64,000 nt of DNA from Negaprion brevirostris (Eukaryota). A program made the position numbers and the translations under genes. Each line of letters opens with the position of its first letter. The first letter of the stretch is position 1. Shown in pieces: positions 38,927-52,624 of this stretch. The stretch is from the NCBI GenBank assembly GCA_030324005.1, contig JARDVH010000110.1:13958172-14022171 (forward strand). Reading direction: 5' to 3'. A model generated the notes under the pieces. The model worked only from the letters and a program-made list of their open reading frames with translations. It did not search any database and had not been told where the DNA came from.

Positions 38927-39242
38927 CATAGAATCCCTACAGTGCAGAAGGAGGCCATTTGGTGCATCAAGTCTTCACCAACAACAATCCCACCCAAGTT
39001 CTATCCCCATAACCCCATGTATTTACGCTAGTTAGTCCCCCTGATACTAAGGGGTAATTTAGCATAGTCAATCCACCTAACCTGCACATCTCTGGAGTGC
39101 GGGAGGAAACTGAAGCACCCGGAGGAAACCCACACAGACATGAGAAGAATGTGCAAACTCTACACAGACAGTGACCCAAGGCTGGAATTGGATCCAGATC
39201 CCTGATGCTGTGGGGCAACAGTGCTGACCACTGTGCCACCGT
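38927..39242 (-). mobile_element. HE1 SINE
   Basis: Reverse complement of HE1 head, body and tail. Confidence 0.85.
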
Positions 39243-41492
39243 AATTATCACGATTAGTGGTTTCCGACAGTACACTGGTATGCCGTGAAGATACCCCCAA
39301 GTGCTGTGAAAAAAGATTCAAAATGATTCATAAAAGCAGAAGGCAGCACAAATTACTGGTGTGCCTGAAACTTTTTTGTAGTGTCGAGGTGTGCCGTGAC
39401 ATAGAAAGGGTTGGGAAACACTGATATAGATTTCACTTAAATGCATCCATGCTATTCACCTTCACAACTACTTCCTGGGGTAGTGGGTCTCATCTTTGAA
39501 CCACTCTCTGGGCAGATTAACTTTTTCTGTAGCAGTGTCATATCGACCCAAAACTTTGGCTGGAATTTCTTTACCCTGCCTGCAGTCTGAATCGTCGACG
39601 GCAGAATGGAAAACCTGATGGAGAAGGCACAGATCCGTTGACTTTGGGAGGGAATTTCTGATCCTGTGATGGGCAGGAGCAGAAAATCCTGACTGTTTAT
39701 TCTGTCACTCCCTTCACAGACGAGCTAAGCCTTTCTAGCATTATTTTTAATTTCAGATTTCCAGCATCATTTTGCTTTAGTATTAACTTTTTTTTCTGAG
39801 ATCCCTATTGAATTTATTGATGACTATCTTATATGTATAGCTCCTAGATTTTTACTCCTCACCATTGAATGCATATTTACTAGGTTTACCATTTAGAACC
39901 CATCCTCAAACAGGTCCACCATCAGCAACCTCCTTTCAATATAAAAGTACCCCATCTTAAGAATGCTCACTGCCTCATTCTCAAGGGCAACACACAGGGG
40001 GTGTCAAATGTTAGCCTTGTTACCAGCATGCACATGTCCAAGGATTAATACTTCTAAAAAGTCCAACTCCTTCTTGCCACTCCATCTTGCCTTCCTTCTT
40101 CAATTTACAAACATTTTCCACTTTGCGTTCTTCCTCCCATCCACTACAATAATGGTGGTAAGACCATGGGGATCCTGGAATAATAGCATGAGCAAAGTGG
40201 GCCTTGGGAAGAAGCCCCAAAAAGCCTCACTTTCTATTATTTCATTTACCTCTTCTTCCCCTGTCTGCTCTCCCAGCTGGTTCTAAGAGATCCCATGGCG
40301 TTATTCAGGGGAGAATGGGAAAGTTCCCTGAAACCCCATCTGATGGCCAAACAAAAATCAACTGGCCTTTTAACATCACTGATTTGTGACCTTAATTCTC
40401 AGTTTTGTGTCCTACTTTACAATCATGACTACACTTCAATAGTATCTCACTGGTTATGGAATGTTTTGGGACTTCAACAGCCAGAATTTTCTGGCTGTTG
40501 TCGCCAACGGGATCTTCTGGTCCCACCAGTGGTGAATGCCTGCCATTGGTTTCCCAAGGGCAGCGGGATACATAGAATGTTGACAATGGAGGGATCAGAA
40601 GAATCCGCCGTCGGCCAATGGCGAGTTGTCTCGGCCGCCGTGAAATGCGCCACGGAGATGCGAGGAGAATCCCACCCTCCCCCCGAAACACTGAAAATGC
40701 AAACAATCTCTTTCTTTCACTCTTTGTGTGGTGGTATCACCTTGTTTTGAAAAGAGGCCGAGGGTGACTGTATAACTCTGAGTTCGGATAATGTTTGTGT
40801 ATTCATCTGACCTTCTGGTCCAGTGAGCTTATCAATATTAACTGGCAGCTACAAGCTTAGCATTGTGTACACTGCCATGCTAAATTCATCAGAGCCTATT
40901 CAATTCACAGTAGGAACTGGAATTTTTAAAAGGATTTGGTAATGGTTTCTTATTTGCACTATTGGGCATAATAGTCTGTAATGCGAAACTGTCTCAGTAA
41001 ATTTCTAAGCACGTAACTGATGATACAGTTTAAGGTATCTGATGGAGCTCAAACTGCACCTCGCAGCAGTACAGACTGTAAACTCCATCCTAAAACCATC
41101 TGTTACTTCCAAGACAAACAGTGTTTGTTGCCATCGTTATTATAATTCATCTCCTCAAAGATCTTGCATCTGCACAGCGGGAGTCAAATCTTCAAGTCTG
41201 GTTCAGCAGAGGGCAGGACATAGTTGCATGAGGGCATACAGATGCGATTTAGTCATTCATTTAAGCACATAACATCTTCTGGCATCATAAATTCCTGTGT
41301 TCACATTTACAATGGAAACTACCTATGTAAACTTGTCACACTGTAATTACACCTTCATACCAGGGGTGGCATTGTTTCATTGATGGTTGGATACAAATGC
41401 AGTGTGACAACTTGAGACAGGCAGTTCACATAAATTGAAATTAGAATGTAAGTATATAAAATAAGGAGATAATGGGCACTATATTATATCAG

Positions 41493-41783
41493 CGTGGTAG
41501 CACAGTGGTTAATAATATTGCCTCACAGTGCCAGGGACCCAAGTTCGATTCCTGGTTTGGGTCACTGTCTGTGCGGACTCTGCATGTTCTCCCTGTTTCT
41601 ATGTGAGTTTCCTCCAGGTGCTCCGGTTTCCTCCCACAGTCCAAATGACATGCTCATTGGGTGCATTGGCCATGTTAAATTCTCGCTCAGTGTACCCAAA
41701 CAGACGACTAGGGGATTTTCACAGTAACTTAATTGCCGAGTTAATGTAAGCCTACTTGTGACACTAATAAATAAATAAACTTT
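41493..41783 (+). mobile_element. HE1-headed variant-tail SINE
   Basis: Same head and tail motifs. Confidence 0.85.
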
Positions 41784-43816
41784 GAAAAAAAAATTATAAG
41801 AGTGTGGACACAGGACTTCATAACAAGCATCATTGGATGAGTTTTCCCGCTGAGCAGATTGGGACAGCTGAGTGACAGAACATATGACCAGGCTCATTAT
41901 TGTGGAGATGGTGGAGTGTGGTCAGTGCTTTAGCACACTTGGTCTGCCTACCAACAATATTAGGCAATATTAGGCCAGGTGAATGTCGACCCCTGAGAAG
42001 GTCAAGTCTGCTTGGGGAAATGGGGGTATGGAGAAATGTGAGAAAATGGTGCGGCAGTGACTCTGGTCACTGCTGCTGATCCTCCCAACCTCTCAAGATC
42101 CTTTGGGCAGTTCAGTCCAAAAATGGCAATCGGTCTCCCATGTTTGTCCTAAGCTTTGAATTTGAAATGATCCTATCGCCAGACTTTGGGGATCTCTCTG
42201 GGCCACTTAATGGCAGGTCTAGAAATTGATGCCATGGCAACAGTTATGGTAGCCATGGTACATTGTCCACTATTTTGATTTGGAAGAAAAAGCTTCGCAG
42301 TTTGTTTGAGTTAAACTTCTGTTTCAATTCTAAAGATTGGAAAACAAGTAGCTGAGGCAGAGATAAGGCACACTGAGATAGTTAATGCTTCCTCATATAT
42401 ATATATTGATAATTCCAAAACAATTGTGGTTAATAGAAATTCAGTTTATAGGATTACAATGCGTGAAGGAAATACTAACTATTCATTTTTCTGGAACCAG
42501 TAAACTCGTGTCAGGTCATTTCTGTTCAAAATTCCTTCCCCGATGTTGTGAACCATGCCTCCACTTCTACACTAGTCGAACTAAGACAAAACATAAATCT
42601 TTGTATCTTATGAAAAACAATGGGCTTTATGTTAACTCTGTGCAAGTGATTGGGTTCTGAGTGCATTAAAATGAGGTCCAAGCTGTGTTTACTGGGGACT
42701 GTCTGGTTGTGTGATGTTTATTGAAGCAGGCACACATTTATTTCATATTGTTATATTCCTTCTGCATCGTAATCAAAGGTGAGAAATACAATCTGAGCAG
42801 GAAATATAGAAAAATAATCTGGGATGAAGTTAGACTTAAGGGAAGAAAAGGAAAAAAAAAACAGATAGTTTGATCCCTAAAATAGTGATGAAAATACCAG
42901 AGTAGCATATAATAAACAAAACTCAAATTATTCAGTTCTGATAGGTAGGACATTTGATATTAGTACTTTGTATACTACATGTTATAGGAAATCTACAAGT
43001 TGTATACACCTCCTGTGTTTGTTGCATTTACTACCTTCAACAATTTCTATGTCATGTTCATTGATAATGGCCATTTTGTTAGGCATCACTTAATGTGTCT
43101 CATTATAAATAATAACATATGGAGATCTTCACCCAATGAATTAAAAGCCTTGTACGTAGCATGTTTCTTTTTAATGGTCGTTTGCTTCCTTAAGTTGTCT
43201 CCCTGTCAGAAATCTTTATTATTTGACATGGAGAACACCAGTGTCTTTCATCTAGCACAAGAAACAACATCGCACGGACTGATGAATTATACAAGGTACC
43301 AGATTCTGTGACATCCACAGCTAAAAGATTGGGGAGGGGGAGAGTGGGTGGTGGGGGGCTGGTGGGAGAGCGTGAGAATGCTGGCTGCCACACAGTCATT
43401 TGCCTGTCGGTTGGCTTTCAGTAGGGCCGGAGATGGGACTTCTGCCATACAGGATCAGAAAGTCTTGCCTCAGAGAGTTGCCAGTCAACCAGAGCCTGTC
43501 AGTTCCTCAGGACTTTGGGACAGAGGGATCAGGATTTTCATAGTGCCAAGCTGGTGTGGCCTTTAATGAACGAGTTGGGGTGGAGAGGGTGGAGGCTAAG
43601 GTTTTGGTCGCCTTGAATAATGGCACTTTGATGGAGGGGATTGTTAAAGTGCTGGGGAGGAGTGGATGGGGACGCTTTATTGGGTCCAGAGAGAAACAGT
43701 ATACTACTACACCCCCTTGCTTGCTAGCAGCCCAGGCAAGGAAACTTGCTGGGTTGGGCACCTGCCGTGGCCCTCTCTCCCTGCAGATTAAATTCTTCCA
43801 GTGAGAGTTTGGGCCT

Positions 43817-44117
43817 TTAAATGTTTAAAGTTTATTTATTTATTAGTGTCACAAGTTGGCTCACTTTAACACTGCACTGAAGTTACTCTGACAATCCCCT
43901 AGTCGCCACACTCCAGCGCCTGTTCCGGTACACTGATGAGAATTTAGTGTGGCCAATGTACTGACCAGCACATCTTTCAGACTGTGGGAGGAAACTGGAG
44001 GAAACCCATGCAGACATGGGGAGAACATGCAGGCTGCCCACAGACAGTGACCCAAACCAGGAATCAAACCTGGGTCCCTGGCACTGTGAGGCATCAGTGC
44101 TCACCACTGTAGCACCC
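43817..44117 (-). mobile_element. HE1-headed variant-tail SINE
   Basis: Same head and tail motifs on the minus strand. Confidence 0.85.
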
Positions 44118-44477
44118 AGTGGATGTGTATAAGATTATGAGGGGTATGAACAGGGTGAATAGGAAGCAGCTGTTCACCTTGGTTGAGGGATCAATCACGA
44201 GGGGGCATAGTTTTAGGGTAAGGGCCTGGAGACTCAGAGTGGATTTGAGAAAACATTTTTTCACGCAGAGAGTGGTGGGAATCTGGAATCCACTGCTGGA
44301 GAAAGTAATGGAGGCCAGGAATCTTGCAACTTTTAGAAAACATTTGAAACATCATAACATTCAGGGATGTGGGACAGGTGCTGGAAAATGGGATTAGTGC
44401 GCCTTCAGTGGTAATCAATATCGGTGCAGATTCAATGCCAAAGGGCCTTTTCAGTGTTGTATGACTCTATGACTCTA
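44118..44477 (+). mobile_element. HER1/CR1 LINE 3' fragment
   Basis: DVYKIMRGMNRVNRKQLF..RGHS..FFTQRVVGIWNPL and tail TATGACTCTATGACTCTA. Confidence 0.85.
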
Positions 44478-47400
44478 AATGATTAACATTTATTTTAAAT
44501 ACTGCAATAGGTTCAAGCCAGAAGTCAGTTTATCAATAGCAAACATCAATAGCATTTCAGTGAAGTCGGGATTGATGTACTCAAAATAACTCGAAATTCA
44601 AAAGTATAAGTTTGATTACCTGTTTAGAATTAATAAATGGTATATTAGTCTATTATTTTCAGACACTCTTTGTACATTGAAGGTTATGTTCTGATGTCTC
44701 TACTGGCCCATGCGACTTGGCAAGCTTAGTGCTGACTCAAGTTAACTCTCCATCTTATACTCTACATTTCTCAAACATTATGAACATCTGGACTCTAACT
44801 TCTATGTAGGTCCTGAAATATCCTATAATGGTCTAACTTTGTTGAATGTTTAAACTTTATCCCAACTCATCTCCAGTGCATGTTCCAGACTTGTCATCTG
44901 TTTCTCTATCATCCTTGCTCAGTCTGTGCACCTTACCTCTTCACATCAGCAACTAACTTTCATATTGTGAAGTCCTAACTGTGTAAGAAGGTGTGTGTCT
45001 TGACATAAAGAAAAGGCATGGTTTGTACACATGATTAAAACAAAAACACAACAGTTTATATTGGAAGAGATGTTCTCTGCATTGCAGAATATAAAAAAGT
45101 AAAACAGCAGCCTGTGGCGATACCTTAATGACATAACCATCAAATCATGTGACCAGCTTTTAAAAGCCACTTGTAATCCTTTTAAATATAACATCCCTTC
45201 CCCTTTACCTCTGTGGTCATGACAACAAATTACTATGATGCTATGCAATAATTTTAATAATCCTCTAGACACAGTATTATGCATTACTCATCATTATATA
45301 CAGTCAATTAGTAAATCCATTAAGAGGAAGTCTGCTCCTCTTTGGTTGCATACAATGCTCTGGAATTTGGCTGTCCTTGACTTCAGAAATATGATAAGGA
45401 ATTTCAGCAGATATTGCTTCTCTCGAAACTCATTCTCATGTGGTATAATAGCTAAGGCACATCACCAGGCAACTCAGATTCAACAAAGTCTTCCATAATA
45501 GTATTTACAATACTAGGGACTAAAGAAGTTGGTACTTCTGGAGATGATTCAAAACAGCATTTTGAGATGACAAAAATTGGCGTGGCGTTGCCAAACTTGT
45601 TCATTTTTGATTTGAACTGTGTAAGAAATCGGACCTGATAAAGAACATGATAACAAATCTTGCTCTCCTGAAACTTTTAAAGAATATTTCGAGGACTGTA
45701 CGAATCTCTCAGCTAATCCATTGGTTGATAGATATTAAGGTGCAGATTTTATTTGCTGAATGCCATTTACTTTAAGATAATCCTCAAACTCTTGTGATGT
45801 AAACTGCTCTTAAAGCAACCTGCAACCCTTTTAAATATATCACATATTCTCCTGAATTATTACTTCCAGCTCCCTCAATACCCTGACCCAGTTTGCTACT
45901 TGCTGAACTCCTTCTGTTTCACTGTCTCAAGCTCTCATTGCTACTGTTTCTCTTCTCTTTTAATCAGTATCAACTTGCCCATGGATTTATATCACTGTCC
46001 CATTTTCCTTTTTCAGCAGTTCTCCAGCCTATTTCTCCCCAACAATACCTCTTCTTTAACTCCAACATACCTCATACCACCTAAGGATTCTCCTTCAATC
46101 CTCATTGGTCTATGTCATCCTCTTCCTTTACAATGATCTATAAAAGTTCACCAGCCCATCCTCTACAATTTTATCCTGAGCTTAACCAAAACATGCTGCA
46201 CAGATGCCAGCTCTTTCCTCTTCTTCACCATCATCATGATTCACCACATTCTCTGTCCTGCCCAGTGCAATGGTAATATAGCACCCATCCCAAACTTCAC
46301 TTTGGTCTCTTCCTTACTTCTCAGGTTGTTTCTCTACATTCAAACAGCTCAACCTCATCCATCCTTCTTTATGCAGTATTCCTATCTACCACCATTTGCC
46401 TGATTTGTCAAATAGTCCACCCACCTCTTGCGCACAATCTTTGCATTCCTCATGTTCAGAACTTTCTAATTCCTGAAACCTATCCATGCCACACCACACC
46501 TATTTCCTATCCCTCCTTACTTTTCTCAACATCAAACTCACTTCACATCTATTTCATCTCATCATTACAGGACGAGACCTTCACAATCAAAGCCAGTACG
46601 GTTCTTTCAGAATATTTCTTATTTTTCCCAGGTAGTGTTCAAGGATGTCCAAGTTGCTCGAGTATTACATATCACCCTCTCACACATACACTGCCCAACT
46701 ATTTGATATTTCTGTTCATCTCAACAACTGTCTCATATTTCTGCAACAACAATTTCTTCAAATGAGAATGTCACTGCGTAGGTAACCAAACAGTTCTTCT
46801 TGTGTTACATGACAGAAGATGCCTAGAAGGGGCAACTGATCTCCATGGTCCAGTTTTCTTTCCAAAAGAGCAAAGATTTAGGAGTATCACTCAAAGAAAC
46901 AGTGGTGATGCTTTTCTTGTATATGGTTGAGATAATGAGTCAAATACTAAAGAGTCAACTACCTACATATGCAGTGCATTGTAAGAAGCTCTTTATGACC
47001 TGCAGAACATCTTGGAAGTGGCCTGGATTGCTTCTGCCACACTAGGACATCAGATCAGTTTCTATAAAAGTGAGTGGCTTCATTGCCTAGCAGCGCTACC
47101 ATGAAAACCTTGAACAAGACACTTTCACAAGACTGGCAAGATATGGAGTTTGTTCTAATTGCTTTACACTGTTGTCACCCTGTTGCTACTCANNNNNNNN
47201 NNNNNNNNNNNNNNNNNNNNNNNNNNNNNNNNNNNNNNNNNNNNNNNNNNNNNNNNNNNNNNNNNNNNNNNNNNNNNNNNNNNNNNNNNNNNCCCTGGCA
47301 CTGTGAGGCAGCAGTGCTAACCGCTGTACCACCTTGCCACCAATTGGTGGGCATTAATTGCCCACTCAAGAATCTTAATCATACTACTAGTGTGTCAGCC

Positions 47401-48059
47401 ACACAACACAACTGCCCCACCGTTGGCACAGTTACAAATGGGGAGGGGGGCAGTCGGGTAGACAATGGGTAGGCCAGCCCCTAAATTTAACCAGTCACTC
47501 TCCAGCCTTCAAAACTATCAATGGGAGAATATTAAATCCAGCCCCAGGGGTCACAGAGCACAAAAATTTCAAGAATAAAGCATTCCATGGAAGACGGAAC
47601 AGAACGGTTTTGAAAAAATGAGAGGCTGGTCTTANNNNNNNNNNAATGTAAAAGGAAATACAAGGATGATCAAAGAAAGCAGAAAAAAACAGTTAAATAT
47701 TAATGCAGCTTTGTGTACTTAAGTGAGCCAGCTGATTATTAAGTATTTAAAATTAGTTTTGACAGAGGAAGTTGAAAATGAAACTGTAGGGATTTTTGAG
47801 ATGCATGCAAGATATTTATCAGTGGAACCAAGGATTTAAAAGGGCACTGTAAAATACTTGTTAACAGGTGTAAAAATAGGTCTTAGATGTTATTTACCCT
47901 CAAACAGGGATGAAGAGATGGCAGAAGCACTTATATAGTTCAGATGATAAAGGGCTAAGGTGTGGGGGAGGATGGGGGAAAGAGTTGAAGACACAAATGT
48001 ACAAATAATAAAAATATAAGCCTCTGTCTCACCATGAGCTGTGGGTGAGCTTATAGCAA

Positions 48060-48349
48060 GGTGGCATGTTCGCACTGCTGCCTCACAGCGCCAGGGACCT
48101 GGGTTCAAGTCCCGCCTTGGATGTCTGTGTGGATTTTGCAAGTTCTCTCTATGTTTGCTCCGGTTCCCCCCCCCCCACAGTCCAAAGATGTGCAAGTTGG
48201 GAGGATTGGCCATGCTAAATTGACCCTGAGTGTCAGGGGGATTGGCAGGGTAAATATGTGGGATTATGGGGATGAGGCTTGAGTGGGATTGTCGTCGATG
48301 CAGGCTCAGTGGGCCGAAAGGCCTCCTTCTGCACTGTAGGGATTCTATG
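48060..48349 (+). mobile_element. HE1 SINE (degenerate head)
   Basis: GCACTGCTGCCTCACAGCGCCAGGGACCTGGGTTCAAGTCC...GGCCTCCTTCTGCACTGTAGGGATTCTATG. Confidence 0.8.
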
Positions 48350-49548
48350 ATGAAGATTTTCAACTAGTTGTGGATTAACGTTGGATGTACACTTTGCTTG
48401 ATTTTAAATCAGTGAAAGCTGAGTGCTTTCTATAACAGGAGGTTGATCCACACCTGGGTAAAAAATTGAAATATCATTACCCAGAGTGTAAAAAAACAGG
48501 ATGATGTTAATGAGTAGAATGGATGAATGAGGGCTAGCAGAGGGTACTTCTGAAGAATACTTCACACTTAATTATGGGCTTTTGGGGAATATGACAGATA
48601 AAGGGGCACTGTTGAGTGTGGCACATACAGCTTTTTCAGGAGATGTTTGATAAATTTCATGAAATCACACCACCTCTCCAAACCCTTTCTCCCCAGCACC
48701 TACAATCCTGGCTTTTAGAATAACCCACTCCAGCATTTGTGTCATAAATTTGGATTGGAAGCCTGTTGCCTTCAGTGAAGTGAAAGATACAAAATCATGT
48801 ATCCAACCCAATCCCGTTCCTTCTGGACATGTTATATTAAAATCAGGGTTCGTAGTCCGAAAATTTATTGAGATTTAAAATTCACATTTTTTTTTCAAAT
48901 CCCTCCATTGACCCCATTCTATCTCTGTAATCTCCTTCAGCCCTATAACCCTCTAACATATCGACTACTCCTCCAGTTTTAACCTCTTGCGCATTGTGGA
49001 TTTTTAGCGCTCCACACTGGGAGGCTGTGATTTCCATTGTCTACTCAAGCTCAGGATTTTCCTCTCTAAATTCCTCCTCTCCTTCAAGATGCTACTTGAA
49101 ACCAGCCTCCTCAACCAAGCTTTTAATTGCCTGGACCAAAAACAGTTACTTATGTGCCTCTGATCGATTTACCTCCTGCGGATGCTTTTTTGGATGGTTT
49201 GCTATTTTAAATTTATGTATATAACTACAAGGTGTTAGTGTTATAGTTGACCAGATGGAAGGGTGGTTAGGGTCATGAAGCCAAGGGACCATCACAGATG
49301 TTTCTCGCATCAGTGGAGTGCAAGTTGTTGCACATATTGGGATTGCTTGTTTTCCATGGATAGAAATTACATTGAAGTGAGCACAAGATAAAATGAATAA
49401 ATACCTCAAGCAAAAATTCTGGGCCGATGGGGAGAGACTGGGTTCTGGATTCTTTCTGTAAACAGCTGGCAAGGACATTGTGGGATGTATGGTTTCCTGT
49501 GTCATCTTTTACTTTTCTCCGCCTCGTGGTTGGTGCCATGAACTCCAG

Positions 49549-49832
49549 GGCCAGCACAGTGGTTAGCACTGCTGTCTCACAGCGCCAGGGACCTTAGGTT
49601 TGATTCCCAGCTTGGGTCGCTGCCTGTGTGGAGTCTGTACATTCTCTCCATGTTGGTATGGGTTTCTTCTGGGTGCTTTGGTTTCTCCCCACAGTCCAAA
49701 GCTGATTAGGTGCATTGGCCACGCTGAAATTCTCCCTCAGTTTAACTTAACAGGTGCTGGAGTATGGAGACTAGGGGATTTTCACAGTAATTGCAGTGTT
49801 AATGTAAGCCTACTTGTAAATAAATAAATAAA
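49549..49832 (+). mobile_element. HE1-headed variant-tail SINE
   Basis: Same head and tail motifs. Confidence 0.8.
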
Positions 49833-50805
49833 TCTACTAAGCCCAAGGGAATAGTTAATCAGCTTAAAACACAATTTCCTACTAAACAACAATGTGGAAG
49901 CATCTTCCCCTTCAACCTACAGACAGCCACAGTTCCTGAAGACTGACTAATATATAGAGTTGGGCAGTAAGTTCAGTCTTGCCAGTGTTACACACAACTC
50001 TAGAACTTTTTAAAAGGCACAGAAACAATAGAAGAGACACAGCCCTGGTGGAGAAAGTAATTGGCAAAGAGTCTAATTTGCATAATTGCGATGTAATTAT
50101 TACACTGCACCCTATGATTTCTGGCATTGTGTCTTATGCAAGCTATCAGATTTTGTCAAATGCTGCTCTATAAGCAATTAAGTTAGTCTTAACTTTAGAT
50201 AATAGGAGATATGGGCAATAGTGGGCCAGCAGCTTGTTTAACACTTCAGCAGATTTAAGTGAATGGAAATTAAGGAGTCATTAATCTGGCTGTTGACTTG
50301 CTATCACCTGTCTCACACCATCACAATGAGCCAAGCTCTACCCTGTTTCCCCCCACTGTTCTACGGCATTCTCCAGCCGACTGTGACACGGCTCTAACAG
50401 GACATTGTAATTAGCTGCCAGCATAATGCATGCGCAGGAGAACAGGAGGGATTCATCCCATTCTGAACTCCGCATCTCTCACCCAGAAGGGAGCTCTGGA
50501 TATTCCTGTTGATAAACAAATCTGGGAACTCAGCAACAATTTCCTTACTGTACCTTCACTACCTCTGTAAGCCTGATTGATGCTCCCTGTCTTTTTAAGG
50601 CAATTGGCAATGTAGAATGGGACAAAAGACAGCAGATAGTCCAGTTCCTCCAGAACTCCAAGTGACACTACACATTCCCATGAGCAATTCATTACTCTCC
50701 GGACATCAGCAATGGACCCAGACTCTAAAAGGGCAGGGGCATGTTTCGGGGTACACTTGGTATACTGGATGCATGTACCACAAGTATTGTCCACTGAATC
50801 TGACT

Positions 50806-51085
50806 CATAAGAACATAAGAGCAGGAGTAGGCCNNNNNNNNNNNNNNNNNNNNNNNNNNNNNNNNNNNNNNNNNNNNNNNNNNNNNNNNNNNNNNNNNNN
50901 NNNNNNNNNNNNNNNNNNNNNNNNNNNNNNNNNGCGGCCTCACCAGTGCCCTATACAGCTGCAGCAAGACCTCCCTACTTTTACATTCAATCCCCCTCGC
51001 TATGAAGGCCGGCATCCCATTCGCCTTCCTGGCCACCTGCTGCACCTGCAGGCTGGGTTTTTGCGACTCACACATAATGAAAGCC
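50806..51085 (-). mobile_element. HER1/CR1 LINE fragment (gap inside)
   Basis: QVQQVARKANGMPAFIARGIECKSREVLLQLYRALVRP and tail CTCTTATGTTCTTATG. Confidence 0.85.
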
Positions 51086-51735
51086 ATTCCTAAATTTATT
51101 TTTGTCATCCTTCCTTCTGTTTTCCCAGGCTCTATATTAGAATAAATAATATAGAAGCACTGGGAAAGGTGAAAGGAACATTTACAAAGATCAGATATAT
51201 CAGGAAGGTGCTGGAGATATTTCCCTTTCAAAAGGAAGGCAACCCTGCAGTGGTCTTTAAAATTGGGAAGGGATTTCCTTGGATTGATGTAGAGACACCA
51301 TTTGTGGGGGAATCCAAAACTAAGAAACATAAGGGTAATCGATCATAAATTCAATAAGCAACTCTGGAAAGAACATCTTTAAATCGAGTGATTAGAATGC
51401 AATACTGCCTACTGCATGGAGTGGTTAAGGTGAATAGGGTAAAGGAGCAGTTAAGTAAGTAAATGCGACAGAAAGGAATTGAAGGATAGATAGATAGGAT
51501 GAGATGAAGTAAAATGGAAGGGTTCCCATGTGGAAAAGCAACACTGGCTTAGATTATTTCAGGCAATTGCTCTGTTTCTGTCTTATATATTCTGTGTAAT
51601 TCTGTCCCTTTGAGTTTTATCAGATATAGTTAATGCCAAAACAACATTTACAAGTTCTTCTTGATTTAACAAAGATAATTGACATGTCTCTGATTGATGT
51701 TGTTGAAGTTTTAAGGGTGCATACCCTTCTAACCT

Positions 51736-51980
51736 GGGATGGCACAGTGGTTAGCACTGCTACCTCACAGCACCAGGGACCCAGGCTTAATGCTCAACTT
51801 GGGTCACTCTCTGTGTGGATTTTGCATGTTCTTCCCAAGTCTGCGTGTGTTACCTCCGGGTGCATTAATTTCCTCTCTCAATCCAAAGATGTGCTGGTTA
51901 GGTGCATCAGCCATACTAAATTTTCCCTCAATGTACCCAAACAAGTGCCGGATTGTGGCGACTGGGGGATTTTCACAGTT
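51736..51980 (+). mobile_element. HE1-headed variant-tail SINE (3' truncated)
   Basis: Same head; tail stops after GGATTTTCACAGT. Confidence 0.8.
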
Positions 51981-52624
51981 GCCTCAGTTAAGGACACTAC
52001 ACCTCAGCAAGAATATATTGGACTTGGAGTGGTTTCAAGTGTGATGAAAACTTGTTCATCAGAACAAGTTGTAGTGTGTTAAATCATGATGGCCAATTCA
52101 TAACCTTGGTTTGGATTCCTTTACCTATCAAAGGGATAATGTGATGAAGCTTTTTAAAATGGTAGAGACTTGGTAAGGTTGATACAGTGAAAATGTTTTT
52201 TCTGATTGGGAGGTGAAGAATAGACACATTATGTATTCATATTGGTATGAATAATCAGGAAACTTTTTTTTTACACAAGGACAGTACAAATCTAGAACTT
52301 TTACTCCAAATATTTATAGGAGTGGGCCCCATTAGAACTCTGTTAGTAAGTGTTTTGTTGAGGGTGAGATGAGGGTATTTTGGGATATGGATTAGAGTTG
52401 TGTAATTGGGGTTAGTGTACTAAGTGAATGTGGAGTTAGCGGCTCAATGGCCTCCTCCTTGTTCCCCTCTCTCTTACAGTTTGATCCAGCTCCGCCGGAC
52501 CCCCTGGCAGAGTTTCAAGTCTCACCAGATTGGAGGTGGGGAAATTTATTTTGGGATTCCACCGATTTGCTAAACAAGAGTGTAAGACAAAAGCAGTAAA
52601 AAAAAGTAATAAAAACCATCGTAC

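Noticed and set aside
52570-52624. Hydrophobic C-terminal tail YDGFYYFFLLLLSYTLV suggesting a membrane anchor
   Set aside because: It is read-through into the intron past the GT donor at 52624. Homology continues in the 26093 exon, and there is no evidence for intron retention.
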